64,000 nucleotides of DNA from Lama guanicoe (lineage: Eukaryota): NCBI GenBank assembly GCA_013239625.1, contig MU053881.1:12786879-12850878 (forward strand), written 5' to 3'. The notes under the pieces are model-generated. The model was not told the DNA's origin and ran no database searches. It was given only the letters and a program-made list of their open reading frames with translations. Position numbers and translations under genes: made by a program. This document shows, in pieces, positions 1-13,010 of the stretch. Each line of letters opens with the position of its first letter. The stretch's first letter is position 1.

Positions 1-995
1 GTGTTCAGAGTGTTTTAGTCTGACATTACTAGCATTTCTGCATCAGTAAAGTGGGTTCTATTTTAAAATAGTCATAGTGGAATAACGTTCTGTATTATCT
101 TTCATAGAACATGCTCAGAGACTTAGATATTCTTGCAAGCTACGTAGAAATCATCTTAAGTTCTCTTACGGCGTGGATTTAGGTTTGGGTTGTGAAGTGT
201 GGCCTGCATCCTCAACTCAGACTGTTTTCTGCTTCAAAGAGCAGAGGAAATTTTGATCACACTCTTCTTTATCATGTTATGGTCCATGGTGTAATGAATG
301 GATGTTTATTAAAGTCTCGGCATGTGCTTAATCACTGAGCCTGAGATGTGCTTTTCAGTGGATCCACCTGAAGGAAAAGACACTTCTTTTTACACATGTC
401 CCCTAATACTAGCCAACATGTTTTCTTTCACAACCAGATAATTTTGTTCTTTTAAAATTCCTATCGGTCTTTGGAAATTTAATTTTTCATAATGCATAAA
501 AGCTATCTCACTACTACAGATGTCTCCGAGAGAGAAGCTTCTGGTCAGGCAGATCCTGAAAGGAATTCTACGTGAAGCCTTGTATTAGGAGGTCTGTCAC
601 TTCAAGGAGTCTTTGGGCAAGATTCAACCTCTTCTGCTTTGTGTACATCAGAAGGGCAGTCTCTGATTCAGGCATTCTGAGCACATGTTAAGAGAAGTTA
701 TTTTCAGGCAGGTTCTCCAGAGGTCAGGGGAACAAAGGGCAACTTTCAGCTTTTGTTCGAATTTAGTCATCTGTTGTTCAGCCAGTTTCACTCTGCAGTG
801 CTGGCTGTGTGTCCACAGCCTTCAGCTACCGCCGTCCTCCGGCAGTGCTGGAGAGTCGTGTTTGAAGAACGAGTTGTGAAAGCTTAGGAAATTAATCTAC
901 CTAAAGGCTGGACCAAAAGCCTTTTGCTAGAGAACAGCTTTCCCTTTAAAAACCAATTATCGAACTCGCAGAGCTGAGCAGAAGCTGAGCAGGCC

Positions 996-1009
996 GGGGG
1001 GGGGGGGGG
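996..1009. repeat. G14 homopolymer
   Basis: Run of 14 G seen directly, flanked by gccgg and ccggc. Confidence 0.95.
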
Positions 1010-1159
1010 AAAACCGGCTCCTTTTCCTCAAGCCACAAGAGGTTTTTGCAGACATTTCTCCGTCATTTCTTGGCAAGGCATGCCAAGCATGAGCATGCTT
1101 TATTATTTTATTTTTCTCTATAAGAAGTGGTTTTGGGGTTTTTTTGTGGTCACTAAAGT

Positions 1160-1355
1160 TAGACTAGGTTGGGTTCCAATTCCAGCCCTGAGGTTTTCTA
1201 GTTCTGTGGTCTTGAGTCTCAGTTGACTCACCTGTAAATTACAGGTAATAATATTCATTACAGTTACTATGAGGAATATATGAGTTACTGCGTGTAAAGG
1301 GTTCTACTCAATTTTTTTTTTTTTTGCGTATAGCAAATGTTCAGTAAATATCAAT
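1160..1355 (+). mobile_element. MIR SINE remnant
   Basis: gggttccaattccagccct...tctcagttgactcacctgtaaa...gaggaatatatgag matches the MIR head and core. Confidence 0.75.
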
Positions 1356-1804
1356 CCTTCCCATGTTCTTAGTGGTGGCTGTTGATGGCAAGTGTATACC
1401 TTGGTGAATTTCCCCTTTTCTTCTGATTAGCACCCTCTTTTCCTTTAGAAGTTGTAATGCATTTAATCCAGCTTTGTGTCACTGAGAGCATTTTATATTG
1501 TTGGCTAGGCTCTCTCATGCTCTTCCCTGATGCCTTGTTTCGTAGTTAGCCAGGTGATCCCATTTCCTCTCCTGTCCAAGCTCTTTGTAAGGGGACAGTA
1601 CTGTCATACACATTTGATTGAAAAGAACTAAATGTTTCTTAAATGGTAGCAATTGAATACCATTTTTCTCCTCCAATTTACAGTAGTTATCACTATAAAA
1701 GTGGCAAGGAAAGTTCAGTTAAATGAAAGTCCTGGTGAAGTATTCTGTGAAGTAGTTAAAACTCTTACAATATTGAAAGAAAAAATAGTCTGTCTAAGGC
1801 CTGG

Positions 1805-2040
1805 TGTGAACTGGGAACCAGACTGTATGGATTTTAATCCTGCCTCTGAACTTTCATAGTTGTGTGACCTTTCCAGATCACTTCTGACTCTTTGTGACTC
1901 AGTATTTTCATCTATGAAATGGGCATACAAATAATTCTCTCTTAGGACTATGGTGAGGATGAAATTATTCAATGTACATAAATTTCTTAGAATAGTACAT
2001 GGTTCATAATCAAGGTTTTATGTTTTGGTTGCTGTTTTGT
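1805..2040 (+). mobile_element. MIR SINE
   Basis: aatcctgcctctg...tgtgtgacctt...ctcagtattttcatctatgaaatggg...gtgaggatgaaat is the MIR core. Confidence 0.85.
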
Positions 2041-2289
2041 TATTGTTGTTACTATTGTGTTATAGACTTCACTGCTGTATGGCTTAATGAGGAGTTAGCT
2101 ACAGTGCTTTGAACAGTAATTTGCCTGTAGTATAAACTTTAATGTGTGCTTCACATCACATTGAGGAGTCATTTAAACTTTTCAAATTCATGGAGAATAG
2201 TGAAATCAGTGATCTCCATTTAAAATATACTCTGCCTGGAGCAGGCCAGAGTGGACTCAGGTAGATTTACTGGGAGACCACTGTCATCA

Positions 2290-3030
2290 CTCTGAGCAGG
2301 AGAAAAAAGTAGCATGTACTAGGCTGGAATTGATGAATATGACAAAAGTGGGTAGAATTGAGTGACACAGGCAACATTTACATAATTTTGTGACTAAATG
2401 GATATAGAGGCAAAAGGAAATGGAGGTTTCAAGAACAGCATTTAGGTTTCTCAACAGCACAACAGGATAAGTCAAAGATCCAGTTCCTTTGCAGAGAAGT
2501 GGACAGACATAGGTTAGAGATGCCATGGTCACAGGTTTGATTTGGACGCATGGATTTTGCGGTGCTCTGGTACCTGCACAAGGAAATGTCAAATGATCAG
2601 GTGGACACAGGCGGTTGGTTCTCTGAGGAGAGACCTGGGAATTTTGTGAGCGCTCACCATGTATATGGCTATGAAAGCCATGGGATCACTGAGGCAAAGA
2701 GTCTTGAGCAAAAAGTAATGGTAAATTAGGAATCTCCCTTGAGAAGCAGTGCCATTTTATGACCAGGTAGTGGAGAATAAGAGAGTGAGAGACAGAGAAA
2801 TTTCTAGGAAGGAAGGAAAAGTGGGAGGTTGTTATGCACAGAATCCAAGAAAGAGAGGGACTGATAGAAGCCACAGGTGGAGTAAGGAAGGGAAGGAGAG
2901 TGAATAAATGGCTCAGCAAGAACAGATGGCTCTTCCGAGAAGCTTGGCTTACGAAGGGGAGGAGGGAGACAGGACAGGGTTAGGACAACCAATAGGGGCC
3001 AGAGGAATTTTTTAAATTAATTAATTAGCA
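2290..3030 (-). mobile_element. L2 LINE fragment
   Basis: Purine-rich tract with L2 antisense motifs (tttgtgactaaatggatatagagg, aaagccatgggatcac). Confidence 0.65.
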
Positions 3031-3074
3031 TTCTTAAAAGGGGGTGGTTTGTGTATTTAAAGTAAATGGGAGTA

Positions 3075-3195
3075 GGGGAGGGCATAACTCCGTGATAGCA
3101 TGCATGAGGTCCTGGGTTCAATCCCCAGTACCTCCAATAAACATAAATAAACTTCATTACCTCCTCCCCAAAACAAACAAACGAAAAACCCAAAA
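3075..3195 (+). mobile_element. Camelid tRNA-derived SINE (Vic-1 type), internally deleted
   Basis: GGGGAGGG head, B box ggttcaatcc and A-rich tail. TSD aaagtaaatgggagta (3059-3074) / aaagtcaatggaagta (3196-3211). Homologous to the copies at 44370 and 52453. Confidence 0.9.
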
Positions 3196-3331
3196 AAAGT
3201 CAATGGAAGTAATCTATTTAAAAGAGAGAGTTTAAAGATTCGGGAGAGAAAAGGTAAGATTCTTAAAAAAAAAAAAAAAGAATGGCAAGGATGAGTAAAA
3301 GAAACAGGTACAGAAGGGAATAACTCTAGAG

Positions 3332-3490
3332 CAGTGGTTATCGACTGTGAGTGATTTTACCCTCTCCTCCCACACCTCCCTGGATATAGTTTTGGTTGTC
3401 AGAACTGGGGAAGCCATGCTACCGGCATGCAGTGGGTTGAGGCCAAGGATCATTTTAAACAGCCTGCCATGTACAAGCCAGGGCAAGAAG
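3332..3490 (+). mobile_element. MER20-like hAT-Charlie DNA transposon, partial
   Basis: Starts cagtggtt after ctctagag; contains ttttggttgtcagaactgggg...ggcatgcagtgggttgaggccaaggat. Confidence 0.8.
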
Positions 3491-3884
3491 TGGGCATATT
3501 TTCATACCCAATGTTAATCACACAGTGAACACCCAAGAAGTGTCAGCTATGCTTTTTTTAATCATATGGTTAAACTGTGTCTCTAGTAATGTCTACTTCC
3601 TAGGAAGGTCTAAATAATGGACAATTTTGTAAAAAGGAATTAGCTAAGTCATTAGAGCATTACTATAATTTGTTTTGACAATGTGAATTTTGAGTGTTAC
3701 AGGTGTTCTTGACACTGTCTATACTGAATTCTACCTCCTTTTAAATTTTTATTAAATTTTATAGGCACCATCCGTGACCGAGTCAACTCAATTAAATTAA
3801 GTACCCTTGATACGGATAAATTAGATTTCTTTTTCTTAAAGAATATTCAAAGCTGCCTGGTGATTTTTGGAGATTTATGACATA

Positions 3885-4070
3885 GTGGATAAAAACGGAG
3901 GTCCAAGAAACCTTAACCACCAGTTCGATGCATTTGCTAGTTAAGTGATTTTAAGTATGTTGCTTAACCGGTCTAAGATTTAGCATCTTTATCTATACCA
4001 TAGAAATAGTACCATTCTCACAAGGGGCTGTAAGCATCGGTGACTTGTTTGCAAAGCATCCATCACTGAG
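3885..4070 (+). mobile_element. MIR remnant
   Basis: Degenerate MIR core (ttgcttaacc...tttatctatac...ctcacaaggggctgt). Confidence 0.55.
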
Positions 4071-6495
4071 ATGAAAGAGCAAATTGTAGCAATTGATGCC
4101 ACTGCTACTGCTGCTAATTACAAGGATTTCATTTAGGCCTACTAAGCCGTAATAAAATATTCATCAATCAGAATGCTCACTGTGGCATACAGGGCCTGTA
4201 CAACTGTTTTTAGGTGTTCTTGGTAAATAAGTAAATATTCGCTCAATTCTTATTTCCACATGAAGTTTGAAAGATTTTTAATCTGCAGAAAAGAATTTGG
4301 TTACCTACCTCTGATTTACATAAAACTGATTTTTTTTCCTTCTTTAATGCTGCTTCTTTTATGCTAAACTCATAGACTGATATGTAGTAATACCCAGGCA
4401 CTACTGGCAATAAGCAGTAATGTTTTCTACAAAAAAATGAAACAAAATAGAACCTCATGAATTTTCAACTTGATTCCTGCTGGAAGGGTCTTTGGCAGGT
4501 GGTTGAGTTTCCTTTTTGCAATAAGAAGGGCAAAACAGCAAGAGTTCCCCATGTGCAGACCTGGTCCCAAATCAGCAGTATTGAAAATATATCTGCAGTC
4601 AGATAGCAAGACTAGAGTCATATGAAGACAGAAATAGAGAGGCATGGGCAGAAACCGGTACTGATGTTCTGGGCCTCTGTTGCAGTCTGCCTTTTCAGTC
4701 TTATCCTGATCCATGCCAAGATGTGAAGGGCAGTTCAGTTCAAATGTATTCTCCTGAACATGTTTCTCTCCCATTGGATGATAGCATCCCCTTTTCCTTT
4801 CCAGGAATCACCTTTTCTCTATGCATTTTGTTGGGATAGCCAATGGAAGCATTGTGCCTTCCCTTGGCAGAATGCCCAAATAAGACCAATCACATACTTT
4901 CCTTTAGGGATTCGATTAGCTTCTCAGACTCTTGTCTTTTTTTTTTTTTTTTTTGAGTCTGGCTCAGTAGTATTATCTTTGTATCTCTGTGCTACATAAC
5001 AGCCTTGTAGTTAATACTGTCTGTAGTTATTCAGTGTTGATTTCTGTCGATTACAACCACCCAAATCCTAACTGACAGAGGATAATGGAGGCTGGTGCTA
5101 ATACTGGAGACTGGATAAACAGTCTTGTGACCAGGGAATAACTGAATAACTATCGCTGTTTTGCAACTAAGGGTCAGTGAAAAGAGCTGTATATCATTCT
5201 TATATTCTAGATGAGAATGTCTAAGTATGTCTTTAACCAAATTCCAGTGATTTGTTTTATTTCCATTATGATAAAAATGTCTTATTCACTTCCTCACAAA
5301 TTTTTTCCATTTTTCTAACACTCTTTTCCTTGGATAAGAGCATTCTTCAATCAAACAAGACACATTTTTTGTTAAATGAACACATTTATCCCTAATGCTT
5401 GAGTTTGCCATTGCCAAAAAGGAAATCAAACCAACTCATTCATACACATAGATTGGGCTGCATTCTCTCATCTTTCATCATTGTGTTCAAGGTAGAGCTA
5501 TGCTTCTATTTTAAGAACGAAAATTTCTAGAAGAGATAAATTGTTACTGAAGAATTCCTGTATAATCGGAAGTCTTAGAGGCAAATAATAAGTGTAATTT
5601 GTACTCAAGAGATTGGAGCCACTTCAATAATGATACTCATTAGGTTTTTTGTTCTTCTTCTCCGGCCTACTTAGGAGCAACAATTGCTTAATGTCCTGAT
5701 GGACATAACCAGCGTAAATATGGTGATCATTCCTGGCACGATGTCATCCTTGCAGATCGCCAGACCGAGCGCTTCAGTTGCCTGCCTTGTCTCATATAAG
5801 CAAAAACAAATCTTTCCCAAGATGCAATGACACATGGTTAGACTATACAAAAAAAAAAAGTCTATTTGCAAATGTCTTCTAGAGAAAGCAAACATTCATT
5901 ATTCTTTGCTTTGTCCTAACAAACTTTCTTTTATTAATAGCAGACTGTGAAGACCCATGCCAGGCCGACTGCAGAGGGGATTATAAAACGGTTTATTGTT
6001 CTCTCCCAGGAAATATCTATGCAAATCCAGCAGTACTAGATATGAATAAGGACTATGGTGAGCTCAGTTTTTATTATTAGTTAAGTCTGCCTCTGAGAAT
6101 AGGAAATTTTGGTTCGTTATAACTTAACAAAGTAGTTTGACTTTCCCACCAAAACCTAAATATGTCTATAAGGTTTGTTCTCTATATTTGACTTCACATT
6201 AAATCTTTTGCTAATAGGAAAAGAACAAAGAACAGAAAATTAGGAATACAGAAGGCATCAATGCACAATTAAACACAATTTTTATATACATGAAAATATT
6301 TTAAAGGCCAGATTGATAGGCTCTGGATATTGGAAATAGAATCAATTGTATGATGAGCAAGTTATTACAACCAAAAGAGCACTTAGAATCTAGATCTAGC
6401 TTTGACACAACTTATTATAATGACTTTAAGTCACTTCCTTAACCTAATATCCACTGCAGTTTTCTATCTATTAAATAAGACGGCTGAACATTAGA

Positions 6496-6700
6496 CCTGG
6501 AGTTTCACCTAGGTGACTCTGAGTCAGATCTAGTGCAGACAAATGCTTGTTTCATCTTCATCTATTTTTTATACATTGAATCTGATCTGATGCATTTTGT
6601 CTGGGAGTAGTCTGCCGTCCTTCACAAACTCTGTCACTCTCTGATGTCTTACCTTTCTATTACCTGCCTGGTCCTTGAAGACAGTTGATTCTGTGTTTCT
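6496..6700. mobile_element. MER102-like hAT fragment, preceded by a MIR remnant at about 6380-6490
   Basis: cactctctgatgtcttacc...ttacctgcctggtccttgaagacagttgatt resembles the MER102 terminus. Confidence 0.5.
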
Positions 6701-7282
6701 TTCGGGAGGTATTCCCTGGGGATAGCTATGGTCTCAAAATCTTCTGACTCTAACTATGTAGGTTTGTAGTGGGCCAGCTAACCCCATTTGAGCTTACTCA
6801 ATGTAAGTGAATAGCAAAAGGACTAGGGGACCAAATTATATATTTAATTTTATCATATACTCAAGTATGATTTTAGAATGAATTTCCAATTTCCCCAGAT
6901 ATGTCTACAAAAATGTGTTTCTGTGTAACCTCAGGAAAATGTAAACAAGACACTTTTCAACATAGCTCATGGAAAATTATACATTCTGAAAACTTACCTA
7001 AATTTATGCCAGCAGTTTCAGGCTGAATGAGTAAGAGGGTTTTAAATAAAAAAACACACTCAAGTCATTTCATATTGGACCATACCTTATTTAATGAAAC
7101 TGTTTTCATCTTTATAATACATCTCAATATTGTTTTCCTAGTATTAACTCTCAATAAAATCAGTTTTTCTCTTTTCAAGTTATTTCTGAGAAGAATTATT
7201 TTTAAGTTTATTTTCAAAGTAGAATCAAATCATGCCTCTGTTAATAGAGATAATAGACAAGTTGCATGTTCAGGTTAGAAAG

Positions 7283-7350
7283 TTTTTTTTTTAATTGAAG
7301 TATAGTCAGTTACAATGTGTCAATTTTTGGTGTACAGTATAATATCCCAG

Positions 7351-7396
<46 letters not shown>

Positions 7397-7950
7397 GTGT
7401 ATGTATACACGTACACACATATATTCGTTTTCATATTCTTTTTCATTAAAGGTATTGAATATAGTTCCCTGTGCTATACAGGAGAAATATGTTTTTTATC
7501 TATTTTTATATATAGTGGTTAACCTTTGCAAATCTCAAACTCCCAAATTTACCCTTTCCCACTCCCTTTCCCCCAGTAACCATAAAATTGTTTACTATGT
7601 CTGCAAGTCTATTTCTGTTTTGTAGATGAGTTCATTAGTGTCCTCTTTTTTTCTTTAGATTCCACATATAAGTGATATCATATGGTATTTTTCTTTCTCT
7701 TTCTGGCTTACTTCACTTAGAATGATGATCTCCAGGTCCATCCATGTAGCTGCAAATGGCATTATTTTATTCTTTTTATGGCTGAGTAATATTCCATTGT
7801 ATAAATATATGAAAACTTCTTTACCAGTTGATGGACATTTAGGTTGCTTCCATGACTTGGCTATTGTATATAGTGCTGGAATGAACATTGGGTTGCGTGT
7901 ATTACCATATGATCCAGCAATCCCACTCCTGGGCATATATCTAGAGGAAA
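7283..7950 (-). mobile_element. Young 5'-truncated L1 (3' UTR plus ORF2 C-terminus) with a 5' inversion
   Basis: Poly-T tail. The minus ORF 7655-7936 gives the ORF2 C-terminus (KSWKQPKCP...MPFAATWMDLEIIILSEVSQKEKEKYHMISLICGI*). 7902-7950 is ORF2 in the opposite orientation ([13 protein letters not shown]). Confidence 0.95.
7353..7422. repeat. (GT)n microsatellite with a degenerate alternating tail, inside the L1 3' UTR
   Basis: Seen directly. Confidence 0.95.
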
Positions 7951-9184
7951 CATATGTTTTTAATCATGCAGTTGACAGTAGCATCTAAATCATAAGCATT
8001 CACTGTGAAAACGGTGAATAAAAGCTAATTGTTTTTTTCTCTCCTTTTTTACCATTCAGAACCATCATCTTCAGAGTAATGCTATATTAGCATATTACTC
8101 AGTGATTTTTCCATTGGAGGAACCTATTTCCACAAGATAACAATGTCTCTCCTTTGCATAATATTGTTAATTTAAAAACTGTTATTATATTCACAAGTTC
8201 TGATTATCAGCAACAAACATTCATCAAGCATATACTGTTTGTAACTCACTGTACACAGTGCGGGAGATATTTGGAGGCAAGTGATAGTAATGCTGCCCCA
8301 TGGGTCTTACAATAAAGTTGGGAAAGCCAGTGCAAGGATAAAAACAATAAACAGCACAAGTTAGTGTTCATACAAGATGCTGTAGGTACTTAATTAAATG
8401 CTGTTTCATTTTCTCTCATGAACAAGGGAACCAGTCTGCACTCTTATCATATAAATGCATCTTTAGATACTCTCCTTTGAGTAACTTCTTTGATTTAGCC
8501 ATAGAAAAAGGAAACTTTTTTTCTTTTTTGCTTTATCTTCGTTGGAATGTTTCTTTTTCTGCCCCGACTCCCCAGGACCAGGGAGGTGCCAGATGCCACT
8601 GCCTGGTTCCAAAGGAGGGAGATGCTATGGAAGGGGTGCGTTGTGGGTAGTGGAGAGGTCTGCTGTGAATGTCGGAACCTGATATAGCTCTTCACTCCCC
8701 AGGTGAGAGGCTGCTGTCACTGGGTGTAGAGAAAGTGCCATCTCATAATAGGACTGCAGTGAACTTTGGTAACCTGGCTCACCTCCAAAACTGCTGTGTG
8801 TGCCTTGTGTCTGAACTCCTGACCTTACCTCTGTTCCTCTTCCTCTCATTTCTTCTTTCCCACTCCTCACATGTATGGAAAAGGGCAAAGTGCCAGGTTC
8901 TTTACATCTTCCAACTCAAAACTACATCCATCTTCTTAATACTTACACAATTCCAGCAGGACAACACTGTCGACATTCTGTTTCTAATTCTTCAGGTGTC
9001 CGAATCCCAATCCCAGTCCTGCAAACAAAAGACGCCGTGCTTTCAATCTCTTCTGAATGTGCTGATGTCCTGGCAATAACTCTTATCTATGTTTCTTTTC
9101 TGGTTAGCCCTCAAGTGCTGAACTGAAAATAATTCCATGCAGTAGGAAAGAACACTGCTTATATTCAAAATTTTAAAATAATTA

Positions 9185-9755
9185 GTTGGAAGAGACTTCA
9201 GAGCATGTCTAGCACTGTCTTCTGTGTAGCTCGCTGACAGCTGATTGATTTCCCAGCCTATGCTTGAACCTTCCTAGCGACGGAAAGTTCACTGTATTCC
9301 AGAGAGTATTTTCATTGATGGACAGCTCTAATTGCTGAGCATATGTCAGCTCAGGTTCCTTTTTCTAGTGGAATGTTCTATCGACAACCCTTCTGAGAAC
9401 TTACTTGTCCTGGGTAATCATCCCTGATGGTTTCAAAGTTTGTTCCTATGGCATACTTCCCAAACTCTTCACCCATCCCTTCTTAGGAGGCCCTCAAAGT
9501 TCTAAGCAGTGTCTTCTTGATGTGACCATTCTGTCCTTTGAAACAGACAATGGTTCTGTTCTTGTGGTCTTGGGATTTCAGTAGCTTTTCAGCAGTCAGT
9601 CAATTGAAATGTCCATTCACGGGAGATTATAATCTTATTTTAACAGTATAGTTTTTCTTTTTTTAATTGAAACAGCATAGTTTTAAGTATATTTTCTCCT
9701 ATCCTGTATTTGGACCGTTGATTTATTTTGAACAGTAACGCCAAACTTTACAATT
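9185..9755 (-). mobile_element. CR1/L3 LINE 3' fragment
   Basis: cagcctatgcttgaaccttcctagcgacggaaagttcact...ggacagctctaattg and cctatcctgtatttgg...ttgattt resemble L3 antisense. Confidence 0.7.
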
Positions 9756-9769
9756 AGCTACACTCTCAC

Positions 9770-9920
9770 TTTAACCTTACAATGATCTTGGGAGATGGGG
9801 AGAAACTGTATTATTAGTTTCATTTTTATTGATAAAAAATGGTGTCTTACAGAGAACCTTGCCTAAACTCAAATGGCAAGTTTTGTGATAAAGTTAAGTA
9901 GCAGAACTTATGCGTTTTTA
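9770..9920 (-). mobile_element. MIR remnant
   Basis: ttaaccttacaat...attattagtttcattttattgataaaaaaat...cttgcctaa. Confidence 0.65.
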
Positions 9921-11169
9921 ATTTGGTGAGAAAATGTCTAACGTTGACTTAATGACTTAAAAATGCACTTACGTGATAACCTCTGTTGGTACCACTTAGT
10001 TGAGAAGAGACATAAAACTGCCGCTATTTAATCCATTTCCCATTTTTTACTTTATTCTTGTCAGATTCCTTTGTTTTTCCTATACCTCCTTAATTAACTG
10101 TAAAATTCTCCTCCATCCAGTTACACAAATCAGTCATGGAACAGAAAAGATCGGCATTTGCTCCTGCTCTGTCCCCTAGGGACATAGGCGTTACATTTTA
10201 GATCCACGTGGTTCTTTCCAAATCTACAGCCATAACATGTGCCTGTCTTACTAAACCCAATATTTGCTCAGTTTGAATCGCAGTTTTAACTGTTCGCATC
10301 CAGTGTTTAAATGAGGATTCTCTGGTGACCAAGCTGGGAATTACTGCATATTTTAACTTTTACTTAAGAAGCACAATTAAAAGAGGAGAAAATAGAGTTT
10401 CAGTGAGTTGAGTGTAGCATCTCCTTTTTTTCCCCAGAAGATTCCCAAAATCTATTGCTTGGTTGTCTCTTCTGCAGCTATTTCAGTATTAAATGGTACC
10501 ATCCCCTGAGGTGGAATAGAGTGCCTCTTTATCAGTCTCAAAGCAACAGCACAGCCTCTCATTTAAGATCATGAAACAGCTGGGAAATGCTTACCTGAAA
10601 ATATTTTTTTTCTTTATACTATCATGTTAACCCTGATGTGATGGCTTATTACCCATCCCCATTTATAGAGATTGGTGTGGGCAGGTGTACTACTGACAAA
10701 TTTGTCAACTGTAGCCCAGAGCTACAGAATTCCTTGTCCAAGGACATAGAATCGACTAACTCAGTATTCATGTTCAAAAAATGCCAAAGACAGTTCTGTT
10801 CTGTCAAGCATTCCATTTGGTCTAATTGAGCTTTGCTAACCTTTTCTCTTTGACAGAACAACTTTGAATGCATGACAGGAGAGAGCTTTATAAATATTTA
10901 TTGAATAAAACAGCTTGTTTGGATATGAAATGAGTTTAGAGACAGGAATTAAGGCCAGTAAAACTCTTACTTTCTGGTGTGGAAAAATGTGTGCTGGGAG
11001 AATGCCCAACATCAAATTTTAAGTAATAGCCAATTTTGTTTTTAGTGTTCAACTTAATGCAGTGTTATATGGAACTTGCATTTGCCAGTTATAAAAATGT
11101 TCTAGAGCAGTAGATTGTATTTATTTATTATTCATTCACTTTTCATTTGTTTATTCATTCATTCCTCAA

Positions 11170-11560
11170 ATCTCTAAGGATAATTTAAGGTCATTTGCAA
11201 AAATACATATGATATGTTTTTAATTATAATCAAGATATCCCAGCAGTGCAAGAAAAATATGATAAATGCAGGGATGGTATCTATAACAAAATTATACCCT
11301 TTAAGGTCTCAACATTTGCATTACAAGGATTTTAAACTAGGTCCTGAGTTTTTTAATGATTGGCATAAAGAGGGAATGGTGATCAATTACATATTCAATT
11401 TTCATATAATAATTTTTTATGTAATAAAAATAAAATAGTGCATTAGAAGGAACACAACATTTTTCTGGATGTGAGACTAAAGTGAAGCTTTTCCCCTAGA
11501 TACTGTAAGATGGAAGGAAAAAAAATCTCTGATACCTTTCATGTGATGAACACAACTTTT
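11170..11560 (-). mobile_element. L4 (RTE-X) LINE fragment
   Basis: atttaaggtcatttgcaaaaatacat resembles the antisense L4 3' end; similar to 60120-60270. Confidence 0.5.
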
Positions 11561-12654
11561 AACTATGCTTTTTTATACTGTTATTATTTATGTGTCAGGA
11601 TTGAAGGGGGGGGGCATTCGTGTGCTTCGTGTTTTCCGGATGAGTAGTCTGTTTCGGCATTGCTGGTGACAAAAATATGTCTTCTGTAGTGCCTCATATC
11701 CTCATCGCTGGGCATTAAAATGCATGTCCTTGTCCCTTGCAGCTGTTTTCACTCCCTCTTGCAAGGACTTTATCTTCTTACTGTTCTTCTGTATCCCTCT
11801 TGATAAAATCCACATTGTCCAATCATTGAATGGTAATTTACAAGGAAAATTCCTCCTTTTCCCCAGAACCACCTTGCATCCACTGTTCCCACAAATGCCT
11901 GAATTGTGGCCAGCCTCCTCCTGCTAATGCCTCACAGCACAAGTTAGACACTCCTTAAAACCTTCTGCCAGGCATTTTCTAATAAAGGCTCACAAGGATG
12001 ATGCTCTGTTTGGCTTTCTTCCTTACCTAGAGCAAGGGTGACTGGCACCAAGTTAATGGATCAAATTTCTTTCTGGAATGAAACAAAGAGCATTGAAGAA
12101 TCATATAAAAGTGATTCTAAAGCTAACATGATGTAGATGGTTTAAATCAGCAGACCATCTGAATACCTTGTTATGTCTACTTTCTATAAAGTCAATTCCA
12201 GTAACTAAGAAGAAGATATTCCTAAGCTTTTAAGTTTAAAATTTTGTCAGTAATTTTCTTTCTTACACATAGATGTGTGTCACGAATTTGAATGACTGAA
12301 TCAAAATATTTCCCCTTGTGAGTGGAGTTATCAAATAGCCAAAGAGCTGGCTGGCCAATTTGATTTTCTTGTAAAAAACCACATCTCTGTTCCAGTAAAT
12401 CATGTAAGAGCTAGACTCTGAGAATGCGAAAGGTTTATACATTTTGTTGTCCTGCTTAACAGGGATCAGAACGAGTCATCACGAATCAATCCTTCCATGC
12501 TGTAGCATCCTGCAAGACATAGACTTCCCGGAACTATATAGAGGTTAACGTACCAAGTCAGAGCTTGCTTGTTATATTCGTATGGGTATTAACAGATGTA
12601 GGGCTGGAGGGAGAGGAATAATTTTCAGGGAGTTGAGAGTTATGAATTTTTGTA

Positions 12655-13010
12655 CTCATTCTCTTCCAAACATTGTTCACTCATTTCTCAGACAGGAACT
12701 GTGATGGGTTTTGGGGGAAAGGAAGATTTCAGAGTTGAATAGGGTATGGTCTCTTGCTTCAAGGAAGTCACAGTGTTTGGGGACAGAAAATATTGCGGCA
12801 AGTACTAAAATCAAGAAGTATGTAGTTCTATAAACACATAATTCTTTGAGGCGGAGTGCTGGTGTATGCATCATATGATCTGAGTATTAGAGACTGACAA
12901 GTCATAACTTGCAAAAGAGAAAGAAAAGTAATTCCAGAAATAGGGAAAACAAATGTCAAAGGGAACGAGACATTGAGGAGCATACTACCCTGAGATCTAG
13001 TGGTGGGAGA
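12655..13010 (-). mobile_element. L2 3' fragment
   Basis: cattctcttccaaacatt...atggtctcttgcttcaaggaagtcacagt. Confidence 0.7.

Noticed and set aside
1069..1086. NFI-like ttggc...gccaa palindrome
   Set aside because: The spacer is 7 bp instead of the required 5.
8669..9126. Longest ORF (136 aa) and an overlapping ORF
   Set aside because: No recognisable domain, low-complexity L/S/F composition, and overlap with probable L2-derived sequence.
10585..10615. Minus-strand TTTTCAG|GTAAGC as a recursive site
   Set aside because: The upstream sequence is A-rich, so there is no adequate polypyrimidine tract.
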